In this document: piece after piece, positions 42,246-56,170 of the stretch
Layout of the letters: each line of letters opens with the position of its first letter
Numbering within the stretch: position 1 is the first letter of the stretch
From: the human T2T-CHM13v2.0 reference genome, Homo sapiens
Length of the DNA stretch: 64,000 nucleotides
Strand: one strand, 5' to 3'
Assembly (NCBI RefSeq): GCF_009914755.1
Contig: NC_060929.1
The notes under the pieces: generated by a model
Seen by the model: the letters and a program-made list of their open reading frames with translations, nothing else
Told to the model about the DNA's origin: nothing
Databases searched by the model: none
Translations under genes and position numbers: made by a program

Positions 42246-42989
42246 TTTATTTAATACCATTCAATGTGGCTTCACATAGGTGAGGATATTATGGATCATG
42301 GATCTCTGATGGAATGGAAGTAAATTACAGTCATGCCCTGGCAAACACACTACTGCAAATAACTAGATAAGAAAACACACATAAATAAGAATTTAATGAA
42401 TAAATGGGTTGATTGTATTTTTTGGCAATACATTTTGACGATGTTTAGTTTTCCAGTGAGAGAGTTTTTTTATAGCTATATATAAAATAATATATGTGTG
42501 TATGTGGGATATATATAATTATACATACATATGCAACACATATATATGTATCATTCTGTTTATATTGGGAAGGCTTATGCTGTGCATATGCCTCCCGAAG
42601 ATTATGTATGCCTAAACTAAAACAGTCCTATAAATTATACTTGCATAGGCTATAGTCTTGATTTATGTATAAGAGGTCAATTCATAAGCAATTATAAATG
42701 GAATGTCAATCATAGTCATTATCTGGCTGAGCAATGAACATTTATTAACTAGTATGAAAAATTCCTCTTGGTAGTTTTCGGCTGGCATGTATGTGGATGG
42801 AAGGTTAAGAGTGTTAAATCAATTTCACAAGCAATGAGAAGCCTATAATTTAAATGTCTTTATTCAATTGAGTATTGTAGGAACTTTGGTCTAAAAACAT
42901 GAAGCTCTGTAGGTCAGGATCCAAAGTCTTTGGATATTAAAAAAGTTCAAAACCTTCATTTTTATGAGAAAAATTTCCTATTTAAAAGG

Positions 42990-43200
42990 CAACATGATTT
43001 GGTAGAAATATAAGTGATTTTTGAGTCAGAGAGACCTAAGTGAAAATCCCAATTTTTAACCTACAAGCCAGGTGACCTTATCTATGCATTTGGTCCCTTG
43101 TTTAGCAAGTGAGGGTAGTAGCTCCTTTATCAGAGGATTTTTGTAAGATTAAACAAAAAAATTAAAAATGATTAAGCCTAGTGCTTGGCTGATCATATCA
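42990..43200 (+). mobile_element. MIR SINE
   Basis: tttgagtcagagagacctaag...ggtgacctta...gaggatttttgtaagattaaa...gcctagtgcttggc. Confidence 0.6.
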
Positions 43201-43204
43201 CGGT

Positions 43205-43580
43205 TTTATTTATTCAGGGGCCAAACGCTAAGTGCTAGGTGCTAGGGACACAGCAGTAAATAAGGCAGATATGATTCTCCCCTCAAATAAGCCAGATTAA
43301 GAAGATCATATTATGTGTCATGAAAGCAATTGGGAAATAAATCCAATGAGAGAGACAGTAAGTGGTGGGCACAGTAGCTAGCAATAGTTTCTCTGAGGAA
43401 GCAGCATTTAATCTGAGAACTGACAGTTGAGATTGAGCAAGATGTGGGGAGAATCAGGAGATGGCATTTTAGGGGCAGGGAGGGGTCTTGGGCAGGCCAT
43501 TACTGGAGTCTGGGTAGAGATGACAGTGAATTGGGTTAGGGAGGTAACAGGGCAGATTTATCTGAATCTTGCGATAACTA
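43205..43580 (-). mobile_element. L2 3' fragment
   Basis: gtgctaggtgctagggacacagcagtaaataaggcaga...ttctctgaggaagcagcatttaatctgaga. Confidence 0.65.
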
Positions 43581-44809
43581 TTATAAACTCCCTTTCTCCT
43601 AAAATAAACAGAGAATTAATATCATTGAACAATTTCCACTAAGTATAAATTAAAATGAAGAAAGCAAAAACGCTTCTTGATATAAAACACAGGTTCTTAA
43701 GATCTTGGAGCCTCTTGGCCTTCTTTTCTATGAATTATTTTTCTTCCTGACCAGGCCCTTGCATCAGATATGTTTCTATGACAAATGGAGCTGCTTTGGA
43801 TTTGATTATTATTTTCGTTTAGTATTGCTTGTCCAGATTCTTGGTAATAAAACTTTTCAGAGCTAATATTAAAAAAAAAAGATTGAATGTTCTCTTCTTC
43901 CCTTATGGGATACTCTCACTCAACTGACTCATAGGTAAACATATTGAATCAGAGAAATTAATTGCTGTATTGTGGTGTCTTTGCCATGGGGAAGTGCAGT
44001 TCTTGAGTGGCTTGCTGAGCAGCCATGAAAATTGTTAAGTGAAAGGTATGAGACAGAGAGGCCAATGGAGAAAACAACTCTGTTTGCACCCTTTTCTCTA
44101 GGTTCTTTCTAATGCTGGCTTAATTTGGGGAAAGATCAATGAAAAAGCAAACCCTTGGTTTGGTTGCCAGAGAAAGGGTGGTGAAGGTGTTCTCTCTGTG
44201 GGAACACTATTGGGTGTCCATGCATTTGAAAGGACAGGTAACTTATACCATCAGTCATTAGTTTCCTTCCACTCTTGTATTTTTGGGGTTCCAGCCTGTG
44301 GACCACCTTCTTTTCTAGTTGCCTTTCACTTGCCTTGGAGTATTGATCTCCAACACCCTGCTAGACATACTGGTCTTGGATTGTTATTTAATTTCAGAAA
44401 ACCAGTTCTCAGTGATGAGAGCAAAGTCTTTCCTCTTGCAGGCATGATAAGGTAAGAATTGCTTGCTTTTTAATAGCTCTAGTTGCCTTGGAATGGATTT
44501 CAAAGCAACACTGGAGGGTAACCACTGGTCTGAAATAGCCCACCCCAGCCCTCCCAACCTCCTTCCCTACTTTGGTATATTTATATAGTTGTAGGTATAA
44601 GGGCATTTGTTCATACCTCAGCATTGCATTGTTCATTTTTTTCAGATGATTGGAACACCTGGAGTATAAGTGGAGTAAAGAGTACAGAAGAAATGCCTCT
44701 GGCGGAAAGTACGAGCTTCCCATAATGATCTACAATGAGTTTGGTAGAACTTCTTCCCTTTTGTCCAAATGCCTTGGACCTGCTTTAATATGCTGCTAAG
44801 TGTTCCTTT

Positions 44810-44920
44810 ATTTCATTGTGAGGGTAGATGATGTGCCTTTGCACGTCCGTGTGCACACTCAGCATCCTCCTAAGTGCCTGGTGCCCAGTGGGTGCTCAAT
44901 ACATGCTTGTTGAATAAAAG
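44810..44920 (+). mobile_element. L2 extreme 3' end
   Basis: aagtgcctggtgcccagtgggtgctcaatacatgcttgttgaataaa. Confidence 0.7.
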
Positions 44921-45218
44921 AATATGACAAGTCCAAAATGTATTTTCCAACTTACTTTCTGTAGTCTTCTGTGCCTCAGATGCTAAATAGGTTGAAAAGG
45001 CATAGATTTGTTTTGTAGAACTAAAAAGACATTTTTAAAGGTTCAATATGGAATCATTAAACAAGTTCTAGTTATTCTATATTAAAAATATCTTTAAATA
45101 ATACATTTTTGGATTCCAGGCATCTGAGTTTAAAACTAATTGCAAATAATCCCCATTTTCTTTAAGCTAATCCATTGTATATCTGGGTTAAAAAAATACA
45201 GAGAAATGATTTTGTTGA

Positions 45219-45668
<450 letters not shown>

Positions 45669-45865
45669 TCCTTCTTTTATCAGTATCATCTGTTGAACTC
45701 CTACTGACTCTCAAAAGCCCAGTTCAAGTGTTTTCTCTTTTATGGAGGTGTTGTTGTTCTTCCTCCTCTCCACTGCCAGGCTGAACAAACCCCTCCCTTC
45801 TCTGCACTTTGAACAAACACATCATACTGCAACAGCTTGTATATTTTCCAATTTCCGCTCCAGAC

Positions 45866-46572
45866 CAGGGGTCAGAAACTGTGGAGTCCTAATTAGGGAA
45901 AAGGAGTCAGGCTGGTGGGACCAGGAGAAAGGAAAAAGAGAAAGCAGATAAGCCATAAATTTGCCTTTCTCCATGATCCAGGACACGCAGCCCTCCTGTG
46001 CCCATCTTATCACCAGACATCTGCAAGTTAGCTCACTGCAACCTTGGCATTATCAGTACTGCACAAAGCCCTCTTCAGCATACACCATAAACGCAATTCA
46101 ATAAAATCTCCAGCAAGCCTCTGTTTCCTTGCAGTCAGCTCCTCTTCTGCTGATTTGCCCATTGCCATCTCACAACGTATTTTCATACTTTCTCTAATAA
46201 ATCTGCCTTTCTTTATGTACAACTGTCTTAGGAAATTCTTTTACCCATGTGCCACTGGCCTAGACAGTCGTTGCTCCCCCGTGACAGAAGTGATGGCCCA
46301 CAAGCCAAATCCAGCCTGTTGTCTTGTTTTGGGGAGAGGGGAGTCGGTGAATTAAGAATGGCTTTTACATTTTTAAATGATTGGAAAAAAAAGGAGAATG
46401 AGATTTCATGACATGTTAAAAACACTACAAGATTCAATTCTGTATCATCTGTAGTTACTTTTGTGCTATAATGGCAGAGTTGAGTTGTTGTGACAGAGAC
46501 CATACGTGGACTGCGAAGCATAAGACAGTTACTGTCTGACCCTTTATAGAAAAAAACTGTGCTAACATCTGC
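45866..46572. mobile_element. MER58B hAT-Charlie element, split by LTR47
   Basis: TIR caggggtcagaaac before the LTR; resumes tggcccacaagccaaatcc...gcagagttgagttgttgtgacagagacca...ccctttatagaaaaa...gctaacatctg. Confidence 0.75.
45880..46286 (+). mobile_element. LTR47-like solo LTR (ERVL)
   Basis: Starts TGTGGAGTCCTAATTAGGGAAAAGGAGTCAGGCTGG, has an internal AATAAA, ends gtgaCA. Confidence 0.78.
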
Positions 46573-46609
46573 TCTGTGGGCAGGGATCATTGTATTGTGG
46601 TCATGTAGC

Positions 46610-46860
46610 ATGTAACATTTATTGTTACCATATGCTGAGCATTGTGCTAAATAATTCATGTGCTTTATCTTATTTAATCCCCAAGAACTCTATGAGGTAG
46701 GTGCTACTATTATTTCTGCTTACAGATGAGGAAACTGAGGCACAGAGCTGTTGAGAACCTCTCCTAAAGTTTCTAGAGTAGCAATTTGTAGATTTTTGAT
46801 TCAAATCAAGCTCTTCTTGCCTCCAGTCAAGGCTCATGGCTACCACTCTATTTAGCCCCA
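46610..46860 (-). mobile_element. MIR SINE
   Basis: tatgaggtaggtgctactattatttctgcttacagatgaggaaactgaggcacagag. Confidence 0.85.
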
Positions 46861-47339
46861 ATATTGTCCCCACCAATCACTGTTACCCAGGTGCTGAGGG
46901 CAGTACCTGGCAATGCTTGTGAAATAAATTAGTTACATTTCCTCCCTATTGTCCCCAGCTGTATTCCTGTGTTTAGGGGGAGAGACGTGGTTTCCTTCCC
47001 AAGTCAAACATAGGCCTCCATTACTTTTGCTGGGTAGAATGAGGGCCATAGCTCATAGATGGATTAATTAATCTATTAATGGTATATAGTGGACATATCT
47101 CATGAGCTAGGGTCTGTGCCTGGGCTGAAATGTAGATGTGGAGAAGCTCGAAGTCTAGAGATACATCCTTGAATATTTGAAGGAGGAGGCAGAAAGCTCT
47201 CTATGGATCCTGGGAGTCTGACTCTGGTAGGGTAGTTGAGTAGCAGACATGAGATTTCAGACAGTTCACATAGTGGCTTCATGTCAAATATTCTTCCCCT
47301 GTTTTCACATGAGAGACCTTATTAGTTTTATTTATGGTT

Positions 47340-47648
47340 TAAAAAATCTAACAGCTTTACTGAAGTATAATGATTATATAAAAACTGTTTATACTTAATG
47401 TATAGAATCTGATGGTTTTGAACACATGCATATACCTGTGAAAGAATCACCACAATCAAAGAAGGAAACATATCCATCACCTCCAAAAGTTTCTTCCTGT
47501 CCCTTCCCTGCTTTTGTGGAAAGAACCCCTAACTTGAGATCTGCATGTTCAAGTGCACAATACAATAGTGTGAACTATAGGCACTGTGCTGTACAGCAGG
47601 TCTCTAGAACCTCTTCATCTTGTATAAATGAAACTTTATACTCATTGT
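47340..47648 (-). mobile_element. L1MB-like 3' end
   Basis: acagctttactgaagtataat...catatccatcacctccaaaagtttc...gctgtacagcaggtctctagaac. Confidence 0.78.
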
Positions 47649-47924
47649 TCAATGGGTATTGATGTTTTAAGGATTTTCCCCTTAAGAGGAAGATTTAGTG
47701 ATGAGTCCAGATGGCACAGTGGCTGCTGATGAAACAGTGAGGACTTTCTACTTTCTCCACAACTTCCTGCTCTTATGCTCAGGGGGGAAAGGGCAGATGG
47801 ACACTCCTCGGTCCCCTGTCACTACTTGGGTATTTACTGCAACACTTGATTATGGGGATTTCTCTAACGACGAGATGTAGCATGAGGGCCAGTGGGACCG
47901 GGCTAGGAAAGGGTGGGGACATCC

Positions 47925-48100
47925 ACTGATTAGTTATATGACCTTAAAACTTAAAATACTTCCTGTGTTTTAGTTTCTTGTGAAATGGGGATAATAATAA
48001 CTACCTTGTAGGCTTGTGAGGACTAAATGGGATACATAAAAGGATCTTAGCACAGTCCCTTTGGCATTATAAGTTCTCAAATATCCGCTGCTACTGCTAC
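47925..48100 (+). mobile_element. MIR SINE
   Basis: gtgaaatggggataataataactacc...gtgaggactaaatg...cttagcacagt. Confidence 0.7.
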
Positions 48101-48899
48101 TCAGGCAGCCGTTACTCCCACCATGGTTACTACAGTATCATTTTTATTAGATTCCAGAAATTGAGCCATGAAAAGAGCAGGAAATGTCAGGATAGGAACA
48201 TGTGCTGAGTGTTGGAAGAACGTGCTGACCAGTAATGAATCATTATAGAAGTTTCATAGCGTGCTATTGGCTGGAATGTTCTTCCAGGCAAAATATTATC
48301 CAGAGATCCCTACCTGAGACCTTTCTGGGCTCCAGCTTATAGGAATCTGGTCAAAAATCAAGTCATTGTGCTTGAAGAATAACATACTTTCTTTCACTTA
48401 GTCCTCTCCACTATATTATAAAGTGGGTTGTTTTTGTTCATTTGAAGAAACTGATCCAACACTGGTCTGTTGCTGGCCTGTGATCACTCGGCCAGCGAGT
48501 GGCAGTCAGGATACAGGTGGTTCCCTCTCCAAAGTTCAGGCTGTTAGCTATTATGAACTCTCTTTACTACACAATATCAAGTCAAGGGTGATAGGGACTT
48601 CCTTGTATACTTTAGATTTAAAATAAAGCAAAATTATTTAGGAAGGCAGAACATACCACTTTTAGGCAAGAAAATGCCTAATCAAGAATATGAAAGAACC
48701 TGTTTTGTTTCTCTTTCTGTCCCCTCTGCAAGTAAAAGGAAAAGTAAGGTTCTACTCTTGGGTTTTTCTTCTGTATTTTACATCCCAACCTGAGGCAGAG
48801 CGAGGAACCCGGGAGAGCTATGCAAGGGTGATGCCTAAGAGATTTGTCTAAGAAGAAGCTAACAGGACTAGCAATAAGGAACATAGATAATAATGACTA

Positions 48900-49140
48900 C
48901 TAATAATTTAATCGTAATATGCTTTTCCTTGAGTATTTACTATGTGCCAGACATTGTGCTAAATATTTTACATGTATCAGCTGATTTCATTCCTCTAACT
49001 ACCCCAAGAGGCAGGCATTAATACCTCCATTTTGCAGCTGAGAAAACAGGATCAGAGAGGTTGAGAATCCTGCCCATGGTTGCATGGCTGCCTTGGGGTG
49101 GACACAGATGCGCTGAGTCCACAGCAGAGGCTCACAAGCA
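48900..49140 (-). mobile_element. MIR SINE
   Basis: gagtatttactatgtgccagacattgtgctaa...ccattttgcagctgagaaaacagg. Confidence 0.75.
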
Positions 49141-49367
49141 ATGGCAATAGATATTTAGAGGCCAGGTCTGAAGGCAGTGGAGTGGTGCTCCGTCCTGCCT
49201 CTTATTGGAGTTGTTTTCATAGAGTAGGTAAAAGAAATAAGGTTACTTAATCAGACCTGAAACTTCTGGATAAATAGAGTCATGGGGTTCTCCAGCTGAA
49301 ATAATCTGGCCAATGGTTCTTAAATCTGAGCATGAGCTCAAGAATTTGCATGTTATATTAATTTCTT

Positions 49368-50412
49368 GGTCAGAGCTACCTAATTTGTGGGACCCAGAGC
49401 TTGCACACACACACACACAAACACGCACACACACATACATGCACACACACACACCCACATGTGCGCACGCGTGCACACACACACACTCTGAAGATGCGGG
49501 TCCCTTATTCAAAAAGCAGGAAAAGTTTTCATTAAATAAGATAATAAAAGATAAAAACTGTTTCCTATTTTCCATGATCTCTTTCAACCAGTCATGACAT
49601 TTTTATTTGTTTTTGTTTAATGTCCTAAGAAAAAAATAGTAAATTATTAACAAGAATTGTATTATTCATCTGTAGATTATACAACGTCAATTTTCAAGAG
49701 CATTTAACTTGTCTGAGGAGTCACTGAAAGTATGCAATTCATCCTTAATAGCTCGTACATACAGATGTATTCCATTCTTAATGGAAGAGTAGAGCTGTGC
49801 CATATAACTGATTCTGCTGTTTTTGTTTCACTCCTTGATGTGGACACATTCCAGAAAAGTTGGCTTCCATTCATTTACTGATGGGTAAGGAAATACTGAC
49901 AGGACGAGGAACCATAAGTTGCCTTAGTCAAGGATTAAGGATTTCCTTCTTTGAGTGTAAGCAGTGGCTAATACACAAGTTAGAAAGAATATGATAGGCT
50001 TCTTTGGTGGTTCATGTTTCTTAGAATGCTTTCTTTTTGGGTTCAAGCAAAGTTCTGGTTCAAATGAAAAATGTGACTTCTCTGGGCTGTCAGTAACCCC
50101 TCCAGTTCCCTTTCTGCCCCCGTTTATTCAGTTATTGAAGTGACACGCTTACTTTATACTCTGAATCTCATGCATATGGGGCCACTGAAATTCTGTGCTC
50201 ATGGGCCGTTGTAAATGTTATCTGTAAATGGGGCAGCAAGAACTGCAGGTACACATATTGCATATATCTCTGCTCACACTCATTCACCATGTGTCCCATG
50301 AATGTCCCAGTATCTCATTGAACTTTACCTACCAATATCAAGTTACAGGAATTTCAATGTGGTTATAGCATTGAACCAACTATGAGGCCCTTGTGGATGT
50401 CAGGGCCTTGTG
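49368..50412 (-). mobile_element. MER45B-like hAT-Tip100 element nested in a MER5A fragment
   Basis: Ends match MER45 (gctacctaatttgtgggaccc...atgcgggtcccttattcaaaaa; ggaatttcaa...gcattgaaccaa...ggccctt...gggccttgtg), ~1.04 kb; MER5A text on both flanks. Confidence 0.6.
49403..49487. repeat. Imperfect (CA)n microsatellite
   Basis: Seen directly. Confidence 0.92.
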
Positions 50413-51879
50413 TTCAGGTGATGATGATGCCACTGGTCTGGGGACCACATTATAAGAATCCTTGATTTAGATAATTTCCATAATTTTCCTGTTCACTTTG
50501 AATGTATAGATTCAAAAACAGGCAACATTTTGCTTATTATCCCAACAACAAAGGCTTTCAAAGTTTTTCCAAAAGAATCGGATTGCTTCCCAAACAAATG
50601 ACTCCTACAAAATAACATTCTAATGAGTTAAAGGGCAGGAAAATAAGAAACATCTAAATTGAATTTGTTCAAAAATACATACAGTTTCCCAAAAGTAAAG
50701 GCCTGAGGCGAAATTGGAATCATGTTTTACTGAACCCAAAAGTTTGGAAAAATGCTGGAATATACTTAGCTGGACTCAAGATGCCTGAAAGCATTCCCTA
50801 TTTCTAGAATTTCGTTTTGGCAGGTTAGCTTCTGACCTGAGCTTGTTCCACCAAAGGGTACAGGATTTCAATAGCACAGAAGAGAGGCTATTTCCAGAGT
50901 TAAGATTCTTATTTCTCGTTAATTTTCTCCTACTTTTTTAGGTTAATATAATTAGCTCAAGCTATTTCTGTCTTCTTAGCAAGGAAGAATTTCCCTCTTC
51001 TTCACCCACATTTATTTTTTCTTCTTTGGTATGATCCAAGGATAAAATTGGCAAATTCCAAAGCAAACTCCCTGAGTTCTGAGGCTTATCCCTTCACCTT
51101 GACAGAATATTTTCACTCTCAGCAAATGTGAACTTTTGTTGCAGATTTGAAGCAGTTTCTGTGCAAGACTGGAGCTCACACATGAAGCCAACTCTGAGGA
51201 AGTACAAAGTGTTGTCCCCAATCCTCGTAATATCCAGGTACATCACACATCTTTCAAATCCTGTCATCTGGTCCAGCTAAGGACTAGGGAGATCTAATCA
51301 GAGGTTTTTGACTTGTTTTAAGCTTATGGGTATGAAGCATTAGCAGATTTACACTTGACCAAGTTGTTTCCTCTTCTGTGGGAAAATGTTTTTCCCTCCT
51401 CTCCTTCTGTCCTTTCGGCTTTTGTCTGATTTTGCAAACACACTGCTTTCACCTCTTTTCTGATACTGTTTCCTTCCATTCTTAGGGCTCCAGTCAAGAA
51501 AATGAATGCATGATTCCTCATTCTATGGTCTTAAGTAAATATTATAGTTTTCATTGTTATGGGGTTTTTATACTTCAGTGGTTTGGAATTGACCTGAACT
51601 AAGAGGCACAAACAGCTTTGCTACTAAATTTGTGTGACCTTATGTGAACTTGGGTAATTTGCAACATTTCTGAACTTCACTTTTATTATGAATTGCACAG
51701 GAATACCATCACCTATCTGAAAACAAATGTTCTCAAACACTGGGTTATGTATTAAAATGAAGATTTCATACCCTACTCTCAGAGTTTGATTTAGTATGTG
51801 TACCAGAGACATTTGCTATTCACTAAACAGGCAAGGACTGTTTGGCAAGGCCAAGGGCTATGAGGAAAAGTGACTTCAT

Positions 51880-53400
51880 GTAACCATTTTTCCAAAGCAT
51901 TTTAGAGCTGCTACTTGATGATCTCAGCGTTCTTTTCCATTTGCCATGTGTTCCAGTTGCATACTAACAGGATGGAAACAGCCTGGATCCCTGAATCACT
52001 ACTTGGAAGGGAGGTGTCATAGAAAGTCATTAGACCTATGGTGGACTTTGAGTAAAGAATGAGCTTTTAAATACTAATAAACAGATATTTGAGGGGTGAG
52101 CTTGTTTCTGTAGCATAAACTAGCTAATGACAAAACCAGCATATGATGCCACATATGGGTGTTGCTGTGTTAGGCTGTTCTTGCATTACTATAAAGAATT
52201 ACCTGAGACTGTGTAATTTATTGAGTTTTAATTGGCTCATAGTTCTATAGGCTACACAAACATGGTGCCAACATCTGCTACGCTTCTGGTGAGGCTTCAG
52301 GAAGCTTACAGTCATGGTGAAGCAGGAGCAGGCATATCACATGGTGAGAACAGGAGGAAGAGAGAGAGGGTGGGGAGGTCCCAGACTTTTAAACAAGATC
52401 TCATGTGAAATAACTGAGCAAGAACTCACTCATCGCCAAGGGGATGGCACTAAGCCCTTCATGAGGGATCCATCCCCATGATCCAATGTCTCCCCACCAG
52501 GCCCCAGCTCCAACATTGGGAATCACATTTTGACATGAGATTTGGAGGAGGAAAACATCCAAACTGTATCGGCTACCATAACAAAGCCCCATTGTATGTG
52601 GCTTAGCAGTCAGGTGACAGGCAGAGGAAATTGGTAATGGAGACTAAAAACGTGGAGCTGATGCTAGTCAGTAGAAAAAAAATGTAGGAACTCTCACCTG
52701 TGATAATTTAGAAAAGGAACCACATGAGTACTGAGATGGCAGCTCAAGGGGAGTGTTTTAGAAGATATAAAGTAGTAGTATGGTTTGGCCACTATTGGCT
52801 GCAGTCAGCAAAGTACTATTTTAAAAAAGGGAGGGAGACATGCACACACTTTAGAACGAATTGGTACAAATCAAAGGCCACAGAGTCCAGAAATGCGAGG
52901 CGTTAAAAGATTGGAAAACCCACTGCATTTGAACCACAAACTGTGAGAAATGTGATATAAAATAGCCGTGAATAACAAATGCCCAGAAACAGATGATTCA
53001 AATGATTCGGGGCTAATATTGGATTTGGTGTGTTGCCATTAAGTTCAAAGGCATCCACAAAGAAATAAAGCAGTTTTGAAAGCCATATCTCAAACAAAAC
53101 CTGTAGATGTTACTGGCAGATGGGACTAAATGCAAGCAAATACATGGGAAGTCTACTGAATTTTTGACAAAGTTGTATCTGTCTAAAAAGCAAGGAACTT
53201 AAAATGACCCTTGGCCCTCAAACTTCCCTGAACAGAAAGCTAGTAAGGAGGGCATATGCCACAATACCCACTTCAGAGGCAGCAAAGGACAATAATGGAA
53301 GATTAAGAACCTCCCAGAGGGTAGAGCCAGATGCTATACTGTCACCCAAAGGCAGGCTAATCTTGCATTTTAACATTTTTCTGCCATGCCCAAAGTATTG
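51880..53400. mobile_element. MLT1 LTR plus MaLR internal remnant, interrupted by MSTB
   Basis: gcctggatccctgaatcact...ttgtttctgtagcataaactagc, followed by MLT1-int-like gctaccataacaaa...atgtggctt... Confidence 0.5.
52166..52571 (-). mobile_element. MSTB-like MaLR solo LTR
   Basis: tgtgttaggctgttcttgcatt...ctggtgaggcttcaggaagcttac...catgagatttggagg...catccaaactgtatc. Confidence 0.88.
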
Positions 53401-55559
53401 AAGAGTAGTATGAACTCAATTTGTGGTCACTGACAGAACTTCTGCCTCTCCAAGATATTAAGGAAGCCTTTTCCAAATCGTTTGAACTGCCCCGTAACCA
53501 GTTTTATTTGTATTGCACTTGAACTGCACAAGTATTTGTCTTTTTTTTTTTTTTTTTTAAGTTAAGATAAACCTTGATGCTGAGTTTGGTGGTAGTTATA
53601 GGCTGACAGGTTAGACAAGTCTTTTTGGTATGTGGGGAAAAAATGGAATCTGGAAAAGTACATTCTTCCCATCAGAATTATTGAGAAATCAGCTTGAAAA
53701 ATAGCCAGGTTACTTGGGGTTCTGGAGAACTGAGGTGGGGTTGGGACAAGGGCCCCATCTTGGGTTTGCACAATGGTTGAACATGTCTCCATACAATGCA
53801 ATGTGTGTTTAGTGAATGTCTAAATCAGTGGCGTTTTGGTGTAGGTGAGGGCCTTAGGTATTATTTAGCCTAGCCACCTACAATGAGACCTATTTCATCA
53901 GTGCTGTTAACACTTTGGCAGGGTACACACTCTTTCATGGATTACTTCCACTTGTTAGAAAAATTGTAAATGCACTGAGCTTAAATGTGCCTCCCTAAAC
54001 CTTCTCTCCATGAGTCTAGGCCTGCACCTGTTTCAGCTCCTGTGTCTACATTTCTGAAATTAGAATCTGTCATCACTAAGTAGAAGAGCAGTCAGGAGGA
54101 GACCAAGTAGAAGGCAGTCACTGCCTAGAGAATCAGAGCAGTCTCCCCTTAGCCTGTTTCAGAGCTGTGTCCTCATTGTTCAAACAGTCCAATAGCCGAG
54201 GAGGAATTTCATAATAGCGGATCTCCTTTGCTTGCTTTTCTTGGATGCTCTAAAGAAGACTCATGTATTAGAGTAACCCTGCTTAAAATTCCCTTTTTCT
54301 CACCATTCCTCTCCCCTTGCTTACTGCAGCTTCTTTGGCAGCTTGCTCTGCCCAAAAGAAGATAGGAGACAGACAGACAGACAAACACACAGGCATACAC
54401 ACAGATGCGCAGATGGACAGACAATAAACTTTTCCTGGGGATGTGAAGGTAAGCAAACCAACAAAGTAAAGATTTATTTAAAATGGCCCCCATAAAGAAA
54501 GTAGAATTTATGATGTGATACTATTATGTAAAAGTATAAAAATTACTGAAAAAGTGGCCCATAAATATGAAAAGAACAAAAATAAAATTTGCTCCATTCC
54601 CTCAAGCCTGGCCAAAGCCTATTTTCACCTCTTTTGCTCAATTTTCTCCCAGTTCTGAATATAAAAGCCCAGAAAATCAGGGAGAGAAGCTCTTTGGAGC
54701 TTATCAGGGGTGGGAAGAGAAACTGAGTGGGCAGAACAAGAATTGTTTTGAGAGTGTAGGGAATGAGTGGGAACACCTCCTGCCTTTTGTCTATCACATG
54801 AGTGGAAGCACTTAAGGACAGCACAGAATCACACTTTATGTGTATCACAGCCTTAGAGAGATTGTGGCAGGTGTTGTACTGTTTCTCAGTTGAACACTTT
54901 GAAGCAGAGTTCATTTGTATATTCATGTATCCATCCAAATAGTTTTGAGTGCAAGGCACTGTCCCTGTATGTTATTGGTGGTCACCAATTACATGGCAGT
55001 TCTTTGGCTGGTTAATAACACCTTTATCTCTACTATAAAGATGATGATGATGATGTGTAGTGTGTGTTCAATTCTGTATTAGACATTGTAAGTTTCAAAT
55101 ATATATACACATATATACTTTGTGACTGGAGAGCCCTAAATAAGAGGGAATACAGGAGGAGAAACTTTAAGAAACAGAAGTTGGGTTCTGGGGAGTGGTA
55201 CATGGTTCTAACATTTCAGTGAGAAACAACTAAAAGTACTGTAAGAATTTTATCAAGGATCTATGAAGTTTAATACATCCCTACAGCTAAACTCTCTGAA
55301 TCTCTACCAAAAGCTCAATTTGTTGGACAGTCACTGTTTGTTGAGGACCCCTATCTTACATATCTTTCATTTCCTTCCTAATCCTCTCCTAGCCTAATGT
55401 GAGCAGATGCTTACTTGCTGTAGAACTTCAGAGCTACAGGTGGCTTTAAACACCAACACAGACAAACCCCTGAATTGTAGATGAAAATTCAGGAACCTGT
55501 CTGGACCTTCAGAATAGTTTCCTGATTGACTGTTCAGCCTCTAGCTCCCCAGGTGGTAT

Positions 55560-56170
55560 GTAGCCCCTATATCCCTTCTAGCTTGGCTCATGTGTGTTCA
55601 TCTGTCAAGTTTCAGGTGGGTGGCCCTAAATGAACTGACTCCCTCCTGAGGCCCAATCAAAGTTAGGTCTCCCTTCTAATTCTCCATCAAAGCACTCCTT
55701 GCATAGCATTTGCCACCACTTAAAATTAAACTTTAATTTTTGTGACTATTTTATAACATCTATCTTCTAACCAAGCTGTGAGTGCCATGAAAGCGAGAAT
55801 TAGTCTGTTAATTCATCACCACATCGCCAGTGCCTAGCATAGCCCCAGCACAAAAGAGCTTGGTGAATATTTGTTGAGTAAATAAGTGGTTGGAAGGCAC
55901 ACACCCGAGCTGTCTTTGTACAACACAAATCTGTTTGTCTTTCTCCTGCCTAAATTCCTTCTTTAGTTACTCACTTTTTAACAGTAAAGAAAAACATGTT
56001 TTAGCCTGATTAAAAAGAGCTACCACAATTTGGCTTTTTGTCTAAGCTCCTCAGGTCCCTTCAGACCTCCAAGCCTTTGCATATGCTGTACCCTCAGAGA
56101 AATGCCCTGCCTGCTGTTTCTGCCCAAGTGGGTAAGCACCTTCCCTTCCATCACCTTCTTGGTGAAGCCC
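55560..56170 (+). mobile_element. L2 fragments
   Basis: aagctgtgagtgccatgaaagc...cagtgcctagcatag...atatttgttgagtaaa; gcctttgcatatgctgtaccctc...aatgccct. Confidence 0.6.

Noticed and set aside
47690-47760. GTGATGA/CTGATGA words suggestive of a C/D snoRNA or hammerhead ribozyme (similar words at 29716, 36630 and 44412)
   Set aside because: No properly spaced D box with a terminal stem, and no stem II followed by GAAA.
53430-53560. Poly(T) run that might mark a processed pseudogene tail
   Set aside because: No TSD, poly(A) signal or recognisable mRNA-derived sequence on the appropriate side.
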